A DNA stretch of 64,000 nucleotides from Candidatus Pacearchaeota archaeon (GTDB lineage Archaea; Nanobdellota; Nanobdellia; Pacearchaeales; GW2011-AR1). The translations under genes were made by a program, and so were the position numbers. How positions within the stretch are numbered: position 1 is the first letter of the stretch; each line of letters begins with the position of its first letter. Shown in pieces: positions 27,950-36,955 of this stretch. The notes beneath the pieces were generated by a model. It had not been told where the DNA came from. It saw only the letters and a list, made by a program, of their open reading frames with translations, and ran no database searches. The stretch is from positions 5,847 to 69,846 of the forward strand of contig JAGLYK010000011.1 of assembly GCA_023132255.1 (NCBI GenBank). The letters are read 5' to 3'.

Positions 27950-28390
27950 TCATTTTATTACCATAAATCTATTAAAACTACTTTTTTCTATCAAAAACAC
28001 GTCTTCTAAAAGAACAAGTGCTTTTGCTTTTCCTTCTCGTTCTGCTAAAGCATTTGAACTATCTTTTCCAAAACCATACCCTATTTTCTCCAACACATTG
28101 GTTACATATTTCATTCTTGATTCTGGATTACTTCGAGGGATTTCATTTGCAGCATATATTAGTTCCAATTCTTTAATTGTTTCCTGATACTCTTGAATCT
28201 TCTCCCAAGACCATTTTTGGAATTGTGATGCATAATCTTTTGAAAATATTTTTTTTAGAGTATAAATATAAAATGGTTCTAATTCTCTTTCTCCTATTTC
28301 TTGATAATCCTGAATTTCTTCTTGTTTCCATTTCTGAAATATAAGAGGATTTTCGCGAAGGTTTCCGCATTCTATTATTTCTGTTGACAT
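27950..28390 (-). CDS. Hypothetical protein
   Basis: 146-aa ORF with an internal repeat (FQKW..E.IQ.YQE); no recognised motif. Confidence 0.6.
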   Translation of the reverse strand: MSTEIIECGNLRENPLIFQKWKQEEIQDYQEIGERELEPFYIYTLKKIFSKDYASQFQKWSWEKIQEYQETIKELELIYAANEIPRSNPESRMKYVTNVLEKIGYGFGKDSSNALAEREGKAKALVLLEDVFLIEKSSFNRFMVIK

Positions 28391-28426
28391 CTTGATATTA
28401 AATTAAAAATTGGTTTTTAAAAGTTT

Positions 28427-29368
28427 TTATTTGATTTTTTCTATTTCAGATAAATTTTTTACTGCTTTAATCAAATTATTTATTTTTTTTAGGGGTTCTC
28501 CTAAACTTAAGATAATATATTTTAAATTAAATTCTGTGGCTTTCTTGTGAGCTTTGATTATGTCTGCCTCGCTGATTCTTTTTTTATTGTATGCAACAAG
28601 AAGTTTTTCTTCTCCTTTAGTTTTTATGCGTAAAATCAAATCACTCTTACTGAAGTTTTCAATATCTAAAATTTCAATTGATTTTCCAGACAGAAACTCT
28701 TTCACTTTATTGAAGAATTTATCATTGTTCTTTTTTGTTGCAGTTCTTTTTTTAGCAGGAGTTTTTGTGCCCTCTTTAGAGGGTACCTCGTTAGAGGTTC
28801 TCGCGCCGGGAACAGAGTGAGGCGGTACACCTTTAGGTGCTGGTTTTTGTGTGTCGAAGATATTTAACTCTTGTTTATTTGATGTTTTTTCTCCTGGCTT
28901 TTTTTTATCTTCTGGTTGTGAAGATTTTTTTATAGATTTAACTTTTGGAGGTTCAAATTCATTTTCTAAAATTGTGAAATATCTCCAGAAAATCTTTTCA
29001 TCTTTTTTAAAAGCTATTGCAAAATCCTTGATTTCTCTTAATGCAATTCTAATTGCCGGAACTTGCTCGTCGTCTTTTAAAAATTTCTTTCTTTTTAATA
29101 ATTCAAATGCTTCTTTTTCTTTGCTTTTAAGGTGTTGTGAAAATCTTTCGAGCATGGGTTCCTGCCCCGGGATGAGATAGATTGGAGAACTGCCGACTTT
29201 CATAAAACTTAGTTTTATTCTTTTTTCAGAAAGCAATTCAGACAAGAAAGCTGAGGCAAAGAGCATGCTTAATCCGGTTTCACCTGCAATATGAACTGGC
29301 AGACTCGGTCCTCTTTTTTTAAATACAAAAATGATTTTCTCTTTAATATTTGAAGTGTCTTGTACCAT
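28427..29368 (-). CDS. Conserved hypothetical protein with N-terminal winged-helix-like region
   Basis: GPSLPVHIA...LFASAFLSEL...VGSSPIY; contains an in-frame palindromic insertion. Confidence 0.7.
   Translation of the reverse strand: MVQDTSNIKEKIIFVFKKRGPSLPVHIAGETGLSMLFASAFLSELLSEKRIKLSFMKVGSSPIYLIPGQEPMLERFSQHLKSKEKEAFELLKRKKFLKDDEQVPAIRIALREIKDFAIAFKKDEKIFWRYFTILENEFEPPKVKSIKKSSQPEDKKKPGEKTSNKQELNIFDTQKPAPKGVPPHSVPGARTSNEVPSKEGTKTPAKKRTATKKNNDKFFNKVKEFLSGKSIEILDIENFSKSDLILRIKTKGEEKLLVAYNKKRISEADIIKAHKKATEFNLKYIILSLGEPLKKINNLIKAVKNLSEIEKIK
28767..28840 (-). repeat. Double twin-hairpin element, in frame
   Basis: GCACC-TAAA-GGTG-TA-CCG-cctcactctgttcc-CGG-CG-cgaga-ACCTC-TAAC-GAGGT-A-CCCTCT-AA-AGAGGG-CA; encodes APKGVPPHSVPGARTSNEVPSKEG. 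Confidence 0.88.
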
Positions 29369-29406
29369 GACTAAAATAAATAGAAAGAGGTTATAAATAT
29401 TATGGG

Positions 29407-30147
29407 TTAAGATTTAGCAATTTTCCATAAGAAGTTATGATGGTTCTTGAAGGTTTCAGCAATTAGTTTATTTTTTATCATAAAAACATAAGGTTTATCT
29501 TCCCAAAGAAATAGGTATACATAATCTTCAAATATATCTATTGCTGTAGGACTTATGTAACCGTTAGGCATATATTTCACTTGAGTGAATTTTTCTTTTT
29601 CCCTATCCTTGCCTAAAGTTGCTTTTGCCGATTTTTCAAGTATGATTTTAAGATTATGTTTTTTTGCGGAACTTCTTAGATTCATGTTTGATAAGAAAGT
29701 TCTTAGAGATTCTAAATCTTTAGCTGGTTCTGGAAAACCAGTAATATAAATTGTAGCCCCTTTAGGACAATCATCAATAATTTTTTTGAACGCTATCTTA
29801 AAACCTTCATATCCTTCATAGATTGCCATTGTTGTTTCATCTTTTTCTGTTTTTCTTAATGAAGATAATTGAGGAACCAAGATTTCTATTTTTTCTTTTA
29901 ACTCTTTCTGTTTTTCTAAGAAAATCTTTGGTTCTGTTGCTTGGAAATGTTTACCATTTTTCTGGAGATTATATGTGGCAAATCCTTTTGAGATTAATGA
30001 GTTGAGTGATTCATAAACTCTTGAGTTTGCTATCTTGGTTGTTTTGATAATTGCCCCTGTTGTGCTATCCCCTTCTCTGAGAAGAAATAGGTAAATTGTA
30101 ATCTCATTTTTTGTTAGCCCAAGTTCTTTTAAAATTTCTGTATTCAT
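29407..30147 (-). CDS. TrmB family transcriptional regulator
   Basis: LKELGLTKNEITIY...SRVYESLNSLISKG wHTH; IYEGYEG effector domain. Confidence 0.88.
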   Translation of the reverse strand: MNTEILKELGLTKNEITIYLFLLREGDSTTGAIIKTTKIANSRVYESLNSLISKGFATYNLQKNGKHFQATEPKIFLEKQKELKEKIEILVPQLSSLRKTEKDETTMAIYEGYEGFKIAFKKIIDDCPKGATIYITGFPEPAKDLESLRTFLSNMNLRSSAKKHNLKIILEKSAKATLGKDREKEKFTQVKYMPNGYISPTAIDIFEDYVYLFLWEDKPYVFMIKNKLIAETFKNHHNFLWKIAKS

Positions 30148-30240
30148 TAAAATTAATAGAATTTAATTGTTATAAATGTTTCTCCTTTCTGGGAGAAAGA
30201 AGATTTAAGTATAATTAATTTGGTTGTGAGAGTAAGTAAA

Positions 30241-30600
30241 ATGGCATTAAAAGGTAAAATTGATATGGAGAAAATGAGAACAAATGGGGAAATTTGTTTA
30301 GATAATTTTAGAGGGAACTATGCTAAGAAAGCCCTTATAGCAATGATTCAAAATTTTCCAATAGATATTAGAGTTACTCCTAGAAGCAAGATTAAAGTAG
30401 AAACCTACGACGACGGGCGTATTATTGAGTTGCATCCTCAAGGATCTTCTGTTGATTATTTTGGGCTTAATAATCTTGATAAAGATAGGTATAATGTTTG
30501 TTTTTCGTCTAGCTCTGATGGTTTCGGGAATCCTAGATGTCTTATTAATGACTCTAAGCAAAAGTGCAGGCTTGAATTATATTCTATTGTGCAGGATTAA
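30241..30600 (+). CDS. Hypothetical protein
   Basis: ORF divergent from TrmB; ATG start chosen. Confidence 0.55.
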   Translation: MALKGKIDMEKMRTNGEICLDNFRGNYAKKALIAMIQNFPIDIRVTPRSKIKVETYDDGRIIELHPQGSSVDYFGLNNLDKDRYNVCFSSSSDGFGNPRCLINDSKQKCRLELYSIVQD

Positions 30601-30624
30601 TTAAATTAATGGAAAAGAAATAAA

Positions 30625-30945
30625 ATGAAATTCTTTAAGAAACCAAAAACAATAGATGACCAAATGAAAGAACAGGGATTTTATGAAGGAAATAAGGGGG
30701 TTTTGTTTTTTGCAGAACCTCTTTCAGAAAGAGCTACGCAAGAAGAATGGGAGAAATATAATAATGAAAGAATTCAGAGACATCAAGAAAATCCTTCTAA
30801 ATTATTCAAAAGTTTGTTATTTGATCATCTTTCTGGAGTAAAAGAAATTTATATTATAATTGATCCTGCCAAAAGGCAACCTTACTATATAGGTTCTCGA
30901 GAGGCTTTTTGTAGTAAGTATAAAATTTTTATTAGAGAGGAATAA
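30625..30945 (+). CDS. Hypothetical protein
   Basis: 106-aa ORF, co-oriented with the previous gene. Confidence 0.55.
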   Translation: MKFFKKPKTIDDQMKEQGFYEGNKGVLFFAEPLSERATQEEWEKYNNERIQRHQENPSKLFKSLLFDHLSGVKEIYIIIDPAKRQPYYIGSREAFCSKYKIFIREE

Positions 30946-30946
30946 T

Positions 30947-31465
30947 CTAAGGTCTCAACCACTTAACTTCATAATAAGTTATGTCTCCTTCTTCGTCGAC
31001 AATTGCCAGAAGCAGGTTTTTCTTTGTTGAGTGGGCAACCCTGTTTTTTGCAGAGAATTCATGCCAGGTTAATCTTTTTGATTCATGGTCTGCAAAGACA
31101 ATCCATTTTGCGTGCTTTTTCCCGGGTCTTTGTCCTTTGTCATAAATTCTAAAATCTGCCCCGAACTTTAATGCAGTTTTCACGATATAACCTTTTTCCC
31201 TTAAGTCCTTGAATACAGGATATTTAATCTGGATTTTTTTGTCAATTCTTTTGAATTTATTCATTAATTCTTTTTCTGATATTTTTTTGTTTCTTGAGAA
31301 TACTTCTATTTTATTTTTTTCAACTAAAAATAACGTTTCTGAAAGAGAGTACTGGATTTTCCCTGCAACTGGTTCGCCAAAGCAACTTTTTTTGTAAAGT
31401 GCATGAGCTTCAGAAGAATTGCTGGAAATTATTTCTCCTATGATGTGTGCTTGGATTTTTTTCAT
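30947..31465 (-). CDS. endA: tRNA-intron lyase (splicing endonuclease)
   Basis: VFKDLREKGYIVKTALKFGADFRIY, KHAKW, RVAHSTKK (Y/H/K catalytic triad). Confidence 0.95.
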   Translation of the reverse strand: MKKIQAHIIGEIISSNSSEAHALYKKSCFGEPVAGKIQYSLSETLFLVEKNKIEVFSRNKKISEKELMNKFKRIDKKIQIKYPVFKDLREKGYIVKTALKFGADFRIYDKGQRPGKKHAKWIVFADHESKRLTWHEFSAKNRVAHSTKKNLLLAIVDEEGDITYYEVKWLRP

Positions 31466-31517
31466 AGATTATTAAAGAAATAACAATATTTAAAAGTTAT
31501 TGAAAGGTAATTATCTT

Positions 31518-34500
31518 ATGAAATACAATTTCAAAAAACTTGAAAAGAAATGGCAGAGGAAGTGGGAGCAGGAGAAAGTTTTTTGGGTTGATGTTCAGCA
31601 GAAATCCAAGAAGAAAAAATTTTATTTGATGGAGATGTTTCCGTATCCATCGGCTTTGGGGCTGCATTTGGGTCATGTGTTGAATTATACTATTGGCGAT
31701 ATTCTTGCACGTTTTAAGAGGATGAAGGGGTTTAATGTTTTGTATCCAATGGGGTTTGATTCACTTGGACTGCCTGCGGAGAATGCGGCGATAAAAGCAG
31801 GAACACATCCGAAGCCTTACACAAAAAAGGCGATTAAGAATTATATCAAGCAGATGAAGGATTTGGGGCTGAGTTATGATTGGAGTAAGCTTGTGAATAC
31901 AATGGAGCCGGAATATTATAAATGGAACCAGTTGTTTTTTCTGAAGTTTTTGGAGAAAGGTTTGGCTTATCGGAAAAAGTCTGCGGTGAATTGGTGTCCT
32001 GAGTGTAATAGTGTTTTGGCGAATGAGCAGGTGCATAATGGAAAGTGCTGGAGGCATGAGGATACTGAGGTTGAGATTAAACATCTGGAGCAGTGGTTTT
32101 TGAAAATTACAGATTATGCTGATGAACTGCTGGACGGGATTAATGATTTGCAGTGGCCTCAGAAAATTAAAACAATGCAGAAAAACTGGATTGGAAAAAG
32201 TTATGGGACTGAGATTGATTTTGAGATAGAGAATACCGACGAGAAAATTTCAAATGTTGTGATTGTTCATGGGTCACCAAAGGAAGACAGACCTGATGAA
32301 TTTCCTCAAAATAAAAAACATTGGATTCTTTGGTTAAAGAAAGAATTAGAAAATCAAGGAATTAACACACATAATATTTTAATGCCTCAACCTTGGAAAC
32401 CAAATTATGAAAATTGGAAAAAAGAATTTGAAAAATTAAATGTTAATGAAAATACAATTTTAGTTGGACATAGTGCAGGAGGAGCATTTATGGTTCGATG
32501 GCTTAGTGAAAAACCGAGAAAAATAAAAAAACTAATTTTGATTGCTCCATCGAAGGAGACTACGAAAGATAGTCAGAGATTAAAAGAATTTTGTAATTTT
32601 AATATCAATGAAAAAATAAAAGATTTTGTTAAAGAAATAATAATCTTCATTTCTAATGATAAAAAAGAAACAATTAGGAGTGCTGGAATTTATAAAAAAA
32701 AATTAAATGCAGAATTAATAAATTTAGAGAATAGAGGTCATTTTACACTAAATGGAATGAAAACAAAAGAATTTCCAGAACTTCTTGAAAAAATTATTTC
32801 AAATAAAAAATTCCCTGTTTTTACAACTCGTCCTGATACAATTTATGGTGTAACTTTTATGGTTGTTTCTGCGCAGCATGAAAAATTAATGGAGTTAGTT
32901 ACTAAAGAGCAGAAAAAAGATGTTGAGAAATTTTTGCATAAAATTAAAAGTGTATCTGATAAGGATGCTGTTAACTTAGACAAGCAGGGAGTTTTCACTG
33001 GGAGTTATGCAATTAATCCGATTAATGGAGAAAAGGTTCCTGTTTATGCAGGGAATTTTGTTGTGGCTGAATATGGCTCTGGAATGGTGATGGGTGTTCC
33101 TGCACATGACCAAAGAGATTTTGATTTTGCGAAGAAATATGGTTTGGAGATTAGAGAAGTTATTAAAGGGGGGGATGTGAAAAAACAATCTTATATTGGT
33201 TCTGGGAAATTGATTAATTCTTCAAGTTTCAATGGTTTGGAAAATGAAAAAGCAAAACAAGAAATCACTAAATTTTTGGAGAAGAAAAAGTTGGGAAGGA
33301 AAACTGTTCAGTTTAAAATGCGTGATTGGTTGATTTCTCGTCAGAGATATTGGGGGACGCCGATTCCTGTTGTTTATTGTGACAAGTGCGGGATTGTTCC
33401 GGTTGATGAAAAAGATTTGCCTGTGATTTTGCCTGAGAAAGTTGTGTTTGGAAAAGGCAATCCTCTTGCGACAAATGAAAAGTTTGTGAATGTGAAATGC
33501 CCGAAATGCAATGCCAAGGCGAAAAGGGAAACAGATACAATGGATACTTTTGTTGATTCGTCGTGGTATTTTATGAGGTACCCTGATAATAAAAATTCTA
33601 AAGAACCGTTTGATAAAAAGATTGAGGCGGATTGGCTGCCTGTTGACCAATATATTGGAGGGATTGAACACGCGACAATGCATTTGCTTTATGCGAGATT
33701 CTGGACAAAGGCTCTTCGGGATTTGGGTTATGTGAATTATGACGAGCCGTTTACAAAACTGTTTAATCAGGGGATGTTGCATGGGGAGGACGGAGAGAAA
33801 ATGTCAAAGTCAAAAGGAAATGTTATTCTGCCGGAAATTGTTTCTGAAAAATATGGAATTGATACTGCGAGATTTTTCCTGATGTCCCTTGCTGCTCCGG
33901 ACAAACCTCGAGATTGGAGTGATAAAGGTGTGCAGGGAAGTTTGAAATTTATTAACAAAGTGATGAGTTATTTTGGCACCCAAGGGTGTACCCCACAAGG
34001 GGGCATCAAGATTGGAAAATCTTCTGCGAAAATTGAGAGTAAGTTAAATAAAACAATTAAAGAAGTTACAGGGCAGATTGAAAATTTTAAATATAATTTG
34101 GCTGTGATTAAGATTCGGGATTTGTTTAATTCTTTGGGTGAAGAAGAGAGCAAGGATGTTTTGGAAAAAAGTTTGAAATTGCTGCACCCTTTTTGCCCTC
34201 ATATTACAGAAGAAATTTGGGAGAAGATTGGATCATCCTCGAAAAACCGAGGACGTAAAAATTTTATTTGTTTAGAAAAATGGCCTGTTGCTGACGAGAA
34301 AAAGATTGACGAGAAGTTTGAAAAACAAGAACAAGCTGCTGAAAAGTTAAAATCAGATATAGAGCAGATTAAAAAATTAACAGGGCACCACGGGCGTACC
34401 CCGAAAGATTTTTTACAAAAATCTTTACAAGGGGCAAAGAAAGAGGTTAAGGTTTATGTTTATGTTCTGCCAAATGAATTGGATTTGTATTCTGAAATTA

Positions 34501-34601
34501 AAGGGATTGAAGTTTTTGCAGTTAATGACAAGAAAAAATATGACCCCAAAAATAAATCAAAGAAAGTTAAACCAGGAAGACCAGGGGTTTATTTAGAATG
34601 A
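31518..34601 (+). CDS. leuS: Leucyl-tRNA synthetase (bacterial type) with inserted alpha/beta-hydrolase domain
   Basis: MFPYPS, HLGH, VFTTRPDT, GSGMVMGVPAHDQRD, DWLISRQRYWG, KMSKS; insert at ~32253-32798 carries IVHG/GHSAG/RGHF. Confidence 0.96.
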   Translation: MKYNFKKLEKKWQRKWEQEKVFWVDVQQKSKKKKFYLMEMFPYPSALGLHLGHVLNYTIGDILARFKRMKGFNVLYPMGFDSLGLPAENAAIKAGTHPKPYTKKAIKNYIKQMKDLGLSYDWSKLVNTMEPEYYKWNQLFFLKFLEKGLAYRKKSAVNWCPECNSVLANEQVHNGKCWRHEDTEVEIKHLEQWFLKITDYADELLDGINDLQWPQKIKTMQKNWIGKSYGTEIDFEIENTDEKISNVVIVHGSPKEDRPDEFPQNKKHWILWLKKELENQGINTHNILMPQPWKPNYENWKKEFEKLNVNENTILVGHSAGGAFMVRWLSEKPRKIKKLILIAPSKETTKDSQRLKEFCNFNINEKIKDFVKEIIIFISNDKKETIRSAGIYKKKLNAELINLENRGHFTLNGMKTKEFPELLEKIISNKKFPVFTTRPDTIYGVTFMVVSAQHEKLMELVTKEQKKDVEKFLHKIKSVSDKDAVNLDKQGVFTGSYAINPINGEKVPVYAGNFVVAEYGSGMVMGVPAHDQRDFDFAKKYGLEIREVIKGGDVKKQSYIGSGKLINSSSFNGLENEKAKQEITKFLEKKKLGRKTVQFKMRDWLISRQRYWGTPIPVVYCDKCGIVPVDEKDLPVILPEKVVFGKGNPLATNEKFVNVKCPKCNAKAKRETDTMDTFVDSSWYFMRYPDNKNSKEPFDKKIEADWLPVDQYIGGIEHATMHLLYARFWTKALRDLGYVNYDEPFTKLFNQGMLHGEDGEKMSKSKGNVILPEIVSEKYGIDTARFFLMSLAAPDKPRDWSDKGVQGSLKFINKVMSYFGTQGCTPQGGIKIGKSSAKIESKLNKTIKEVTGQIENFKYNLAVIKIRDLFNSLGEEESKDVLEKSLKLLHPFCPHITEEIWEKIGSSSKNRGRKNFICLEKWPVADEKKIDEKFEKQEQAAEKLKSDIEQIKKLTGHHGRTPKDFLQKSLQGAKKEVKVYVYVLPNELDLYSEIKGIEVFAVNDKKKYDPKNKSKKVKPGRPGVYLE
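33976..34005 (+). repeat. Twin-hairpin module 1 in leuS
   Basis: GCACC-CAAG-GGTG-TA-CCCC-ACAAG-GGGG-CA; encodes GTQGCTPQGG. Confidence 0.82.
34226..34255 (+). repeat. Twin-hairpin module 2 in leuS (first hairpin degenerate)
   Basis: GATTGGAT-CA-TCCTCG-AAAAAC-CGAGGA-CG. Confidence 0.6.
34385..34436 (+). repeat. Twin-hairpin module 3 in leuS
   Basis: GCACC-ACG-GGCG-TA-CCCC-g-AAAGATTTTT-TAC-AAAAATCTTT-acaa-GGGG-CA; encodes HHGRTPKDFLQKSLQGA. Confidence 0.78.
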
Positions 34602-35170
34602 ATGTTGTGATTATTCATGGAAGTAGTTCTAAGGATAGAGAAAATATAAAAAAATATGGGCTTCCTCCTCAAAATGAAAGACATTGGCTTCCTTGGATTA
34701 AATATGAATTAGAAAAAAAGAATATTCAAACTTTTACTCCGTTAATGCCTAAGAATTGGAAAGAAGAATATGAAGATTGGAAAAGAGAGTTTGAAAAAAA
34801 TGAAATTAATAAAGATAGTATTTTAGTTGGGCATAGTTCTGGGGCAGATTTTTTAGTTAGGTGGTTAGGAGAAACAGGTAGAAATGTCAAAAAATTAATT
34901 TTGGTAGCACCTGGCAAATTATATACGAATTATTCAGTTTCTTTTACAAAGTTTTGTGATTTTAAAATTGATTCTAAAATTAAGAATAACATTGGGGAGA
35001 TTATTATTTTTATTTCAAATAATGATTTGGAAGTTATTTTTAAGAGTGCTAAATTATATGAAAAAAAGTTAAATGCAAAATTAATAGAATTGAAAGGTAG
35101 AGGGCATTTTACAGAGAAAGGAATGGGAACAAAAGAATTTCCTGAATTGTTGGAAAAAATCTTGGAATGA
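34598..35170 (+). CDS. RBBP9/YdeN-family alpha/beta serine hydrolase
   Basis: VIIHG, HWLPWI, ILVGHSSG, LILVAP, RGHF; ATGA-type overlap with the leuS stop. Confidence 0.9.
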   Translation: MNVVIIHGSSSKDRENIKKYGLPPQNERHWLPWIKYELEKKNIQTFTPLMPKNWKEEYEDWKREFEKNEINKDSILVGHSSGADFLVRWLGETGRNVKKLILVAPGKLYTNYSVSFTKFCDFKIDSKIKNNIGEIIIFISNNDLEVIFKSAKLYEKKLNAKLIELKGRGHFTEKGMGTKEFPELLEKILE

Positions 35171-35262
35171 AAACAATTAAATACTTTGATTTTTACTTAG
35201 TTTTAGGAATAAAATTCCAGAAGTCCTTAGGGCTTTGAGTAATTAAAAAAAAGGAGATAAAG

Positions 35263-35652
35263 ATGGTTTATACAGCAGTTGAGAACATTGCGTTTGTTGT
35301 GATTATTGCTGGTTTGATAAAGATGTTTGTTCTTTTAATTAAGCCTCAGGCATGGATGAATTTTGCGAAGAGGATTTATAGCAAACCACAGATTGCGAAA
35401 TTTGTCAGCTTAATTTTGGCAGTGGTTGTTTTTTATTATTTGTATAGTGCAGGAATTACAGTTGTTGAGATTTTAGCAGTAACGGCATTTGTAGCTCTTT
35501 TGATGATGATAGCACTTGCAGATGAAGTTGACTACCTTCTCAAGAAATATCAGGCAATGATCAAGAAAGGCAATCTTTGGAAGAACTATTGGCTTTATAC
35601 ATTATTGTGGCTTGTTTTAATGTTTTGGGGTCTTAAAGAACTTCTCATGTAA
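35263..35652 (+). CDS. Multi-pass membrane protein
   Basis: SD AGGAG; four hydrophobic helices. Confidence 0.7.
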   Translation: MVYTAVENIAFVVIIAGLIKMFVLLIKPQAWMNFAKRIYSKPQIAKFVSLILAVVVFYYLYSAGITVVEILAVTAFVALLMMIALADEVDYLLKKYQAMIKKGNLWKNYWLYTLLWLVLMFWGLKELLM

Positions 35653-35711
35653 TTTTTATTTTTTATTTTATTTTTCGATAGTTTTTTATAATTGTTTTTA
35701 TATTTTGTTTT

Positions 35712-36899
35712 ATGGTTAGGGTCAAGAAAGAAAAAGAAGAAAGCGATTCAAAATCTAATCAGGATGTTTTTAAGAATTTTTTTAACAGGTTTAAAAGAAA
35801 AAAACAAAAGTTTTCACCAAAGATTGTTTCTAAAAAAATTAAAGTCAGAGAAACTGATAAATTTAGTATTACACAAAAATATTTGATAGTTTTTGTAGTT
35901 ATTGTTTCTTTTTTTATTTTAGTTATTGCCGGAGGATATTTGTTCAATATTGCAAAAGGAAAAAATGTTCAAGCAATTCCTGTTTGCGGGGACAATTCAT
36001 TTTATGATACTTGCTCCTTGACAAAACCTTATTTTTGTTTAGATGGGGCACTTTTAGAGAAGGCTTCTGTTTGTGGTTGTCCAGAAATTTTAAAGAGAGA
36101 AGGAGATAGTTGTATTTCTGATTATCAAAATTCTTCAAAAGAGATAACTCTAAAATATGTTTTGAGGGGAGAAGAAAAAGAAATTAATTATGTAGTTTAT
36201 GGTGGTTTGGTTGATTATTTGTTTAATCTTCCTAAGAGTATTTCTTATGATGAAAATGAGAAACCTTCTAGAAGGGATTTTAAACTTAAGAATCTTGATG
36301 AAAAAGAACAAAAGGAATTGCTGTTGGGGTTGGTTATGAAAATACAAAATCTTACGCCTGTTGAAGAGGACCAGATGAGGATTGCTGTGAGTCTTGTTCA
36401 GAATATTCCTTATGCAGAATCTGAAAAAACTTTTATCATGAGGAATGTTGTGTTTAATTATTCCAGGTATCCTTATGAAGTCCTTTATGATAATGCGGGA
36501 ATTTGCGGGGAGAAATCTGAACTCCTGGCTTTTTTATTGAGGGAAATGGGATACGAGGTTGTTTTCTTTTATCATGCCTACGAAAACCATGAGTCTGTGG
36601 GGATAAAATGTCCTGTAAAAGAGAGCCTTGATGACACAGGCTATTGTTTTATTGAAACAACAGGTCTGTCTATAATTACTGATGATTCTATAGAATATGT
36701 TGGGGGAATAAGTCTGGTTTCTGAGCCCGAGGTTGCTTTAATTTCTATTGGAGATTCTTTAGGAAAAGATTTGTATGAATACAAGGATGCAGATAGTATG
36801 AAGAGAGTAAGGAATGGCGGAATTAGCTTTTTTAGGTCAATTAAATTTAACAATCTCAAGGAAAAGTATGGTTTAGTTGATGAGTATAATTTAGGATAG
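35712..36899 (+). CDS. Membrane-anchored transglutaminase-like (Cys-His) protein
   Basis: VQNIPY, YPYEVLYDNAGICGEKSELLAFLL, NHESVGI, FIETT. Confidence 0.75.
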   Translation: MVRVKKEKEESDSKSNQDVFKNFFNRFKRKKQKFSPKIVSKKIKVRETDKFSITQKYLIVFVVIVSFFILVIAGGYLFNIAKGKNVQAIPVCGDNSFYDTCSLTKPYFCLDGALLEKASVCGCPEILKREGDSCISDYQNSSKEITLKYVLRGEEKEINYVVYGGLVDYLFNLPKSISYDENEKPSRRDFKLKNLDEKEQKELLLGLVMKIQNLTPVEEDQMRIAVSLVQNIPYAESEKTFIMRNVVFNYSRYPYEVLYDNAGICGEKSELLAFLLREMGYEVVFFYHAYENHESVGIKCPVKESLDDTGYCFIETTGLSIITDDSIEYVGGISLVSEPEVALISIGDSLGKDLYEYKDADSMKRVRNGGISFFRSIKFNNLKEKYGLVDEYNLG

Positions 36900-36955
36900 A
36901 ATTTTATTTAAGAGTTGCTTTACTTTAACTACGCTTGGGCGAAGTAATGAAATTC

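Noticed and set aside
32253-32798. Intein in LeuRS
   Set aside because: No C/S start or HN-C/S/T end; the insert has alpha/beta-hydrolase motifs.
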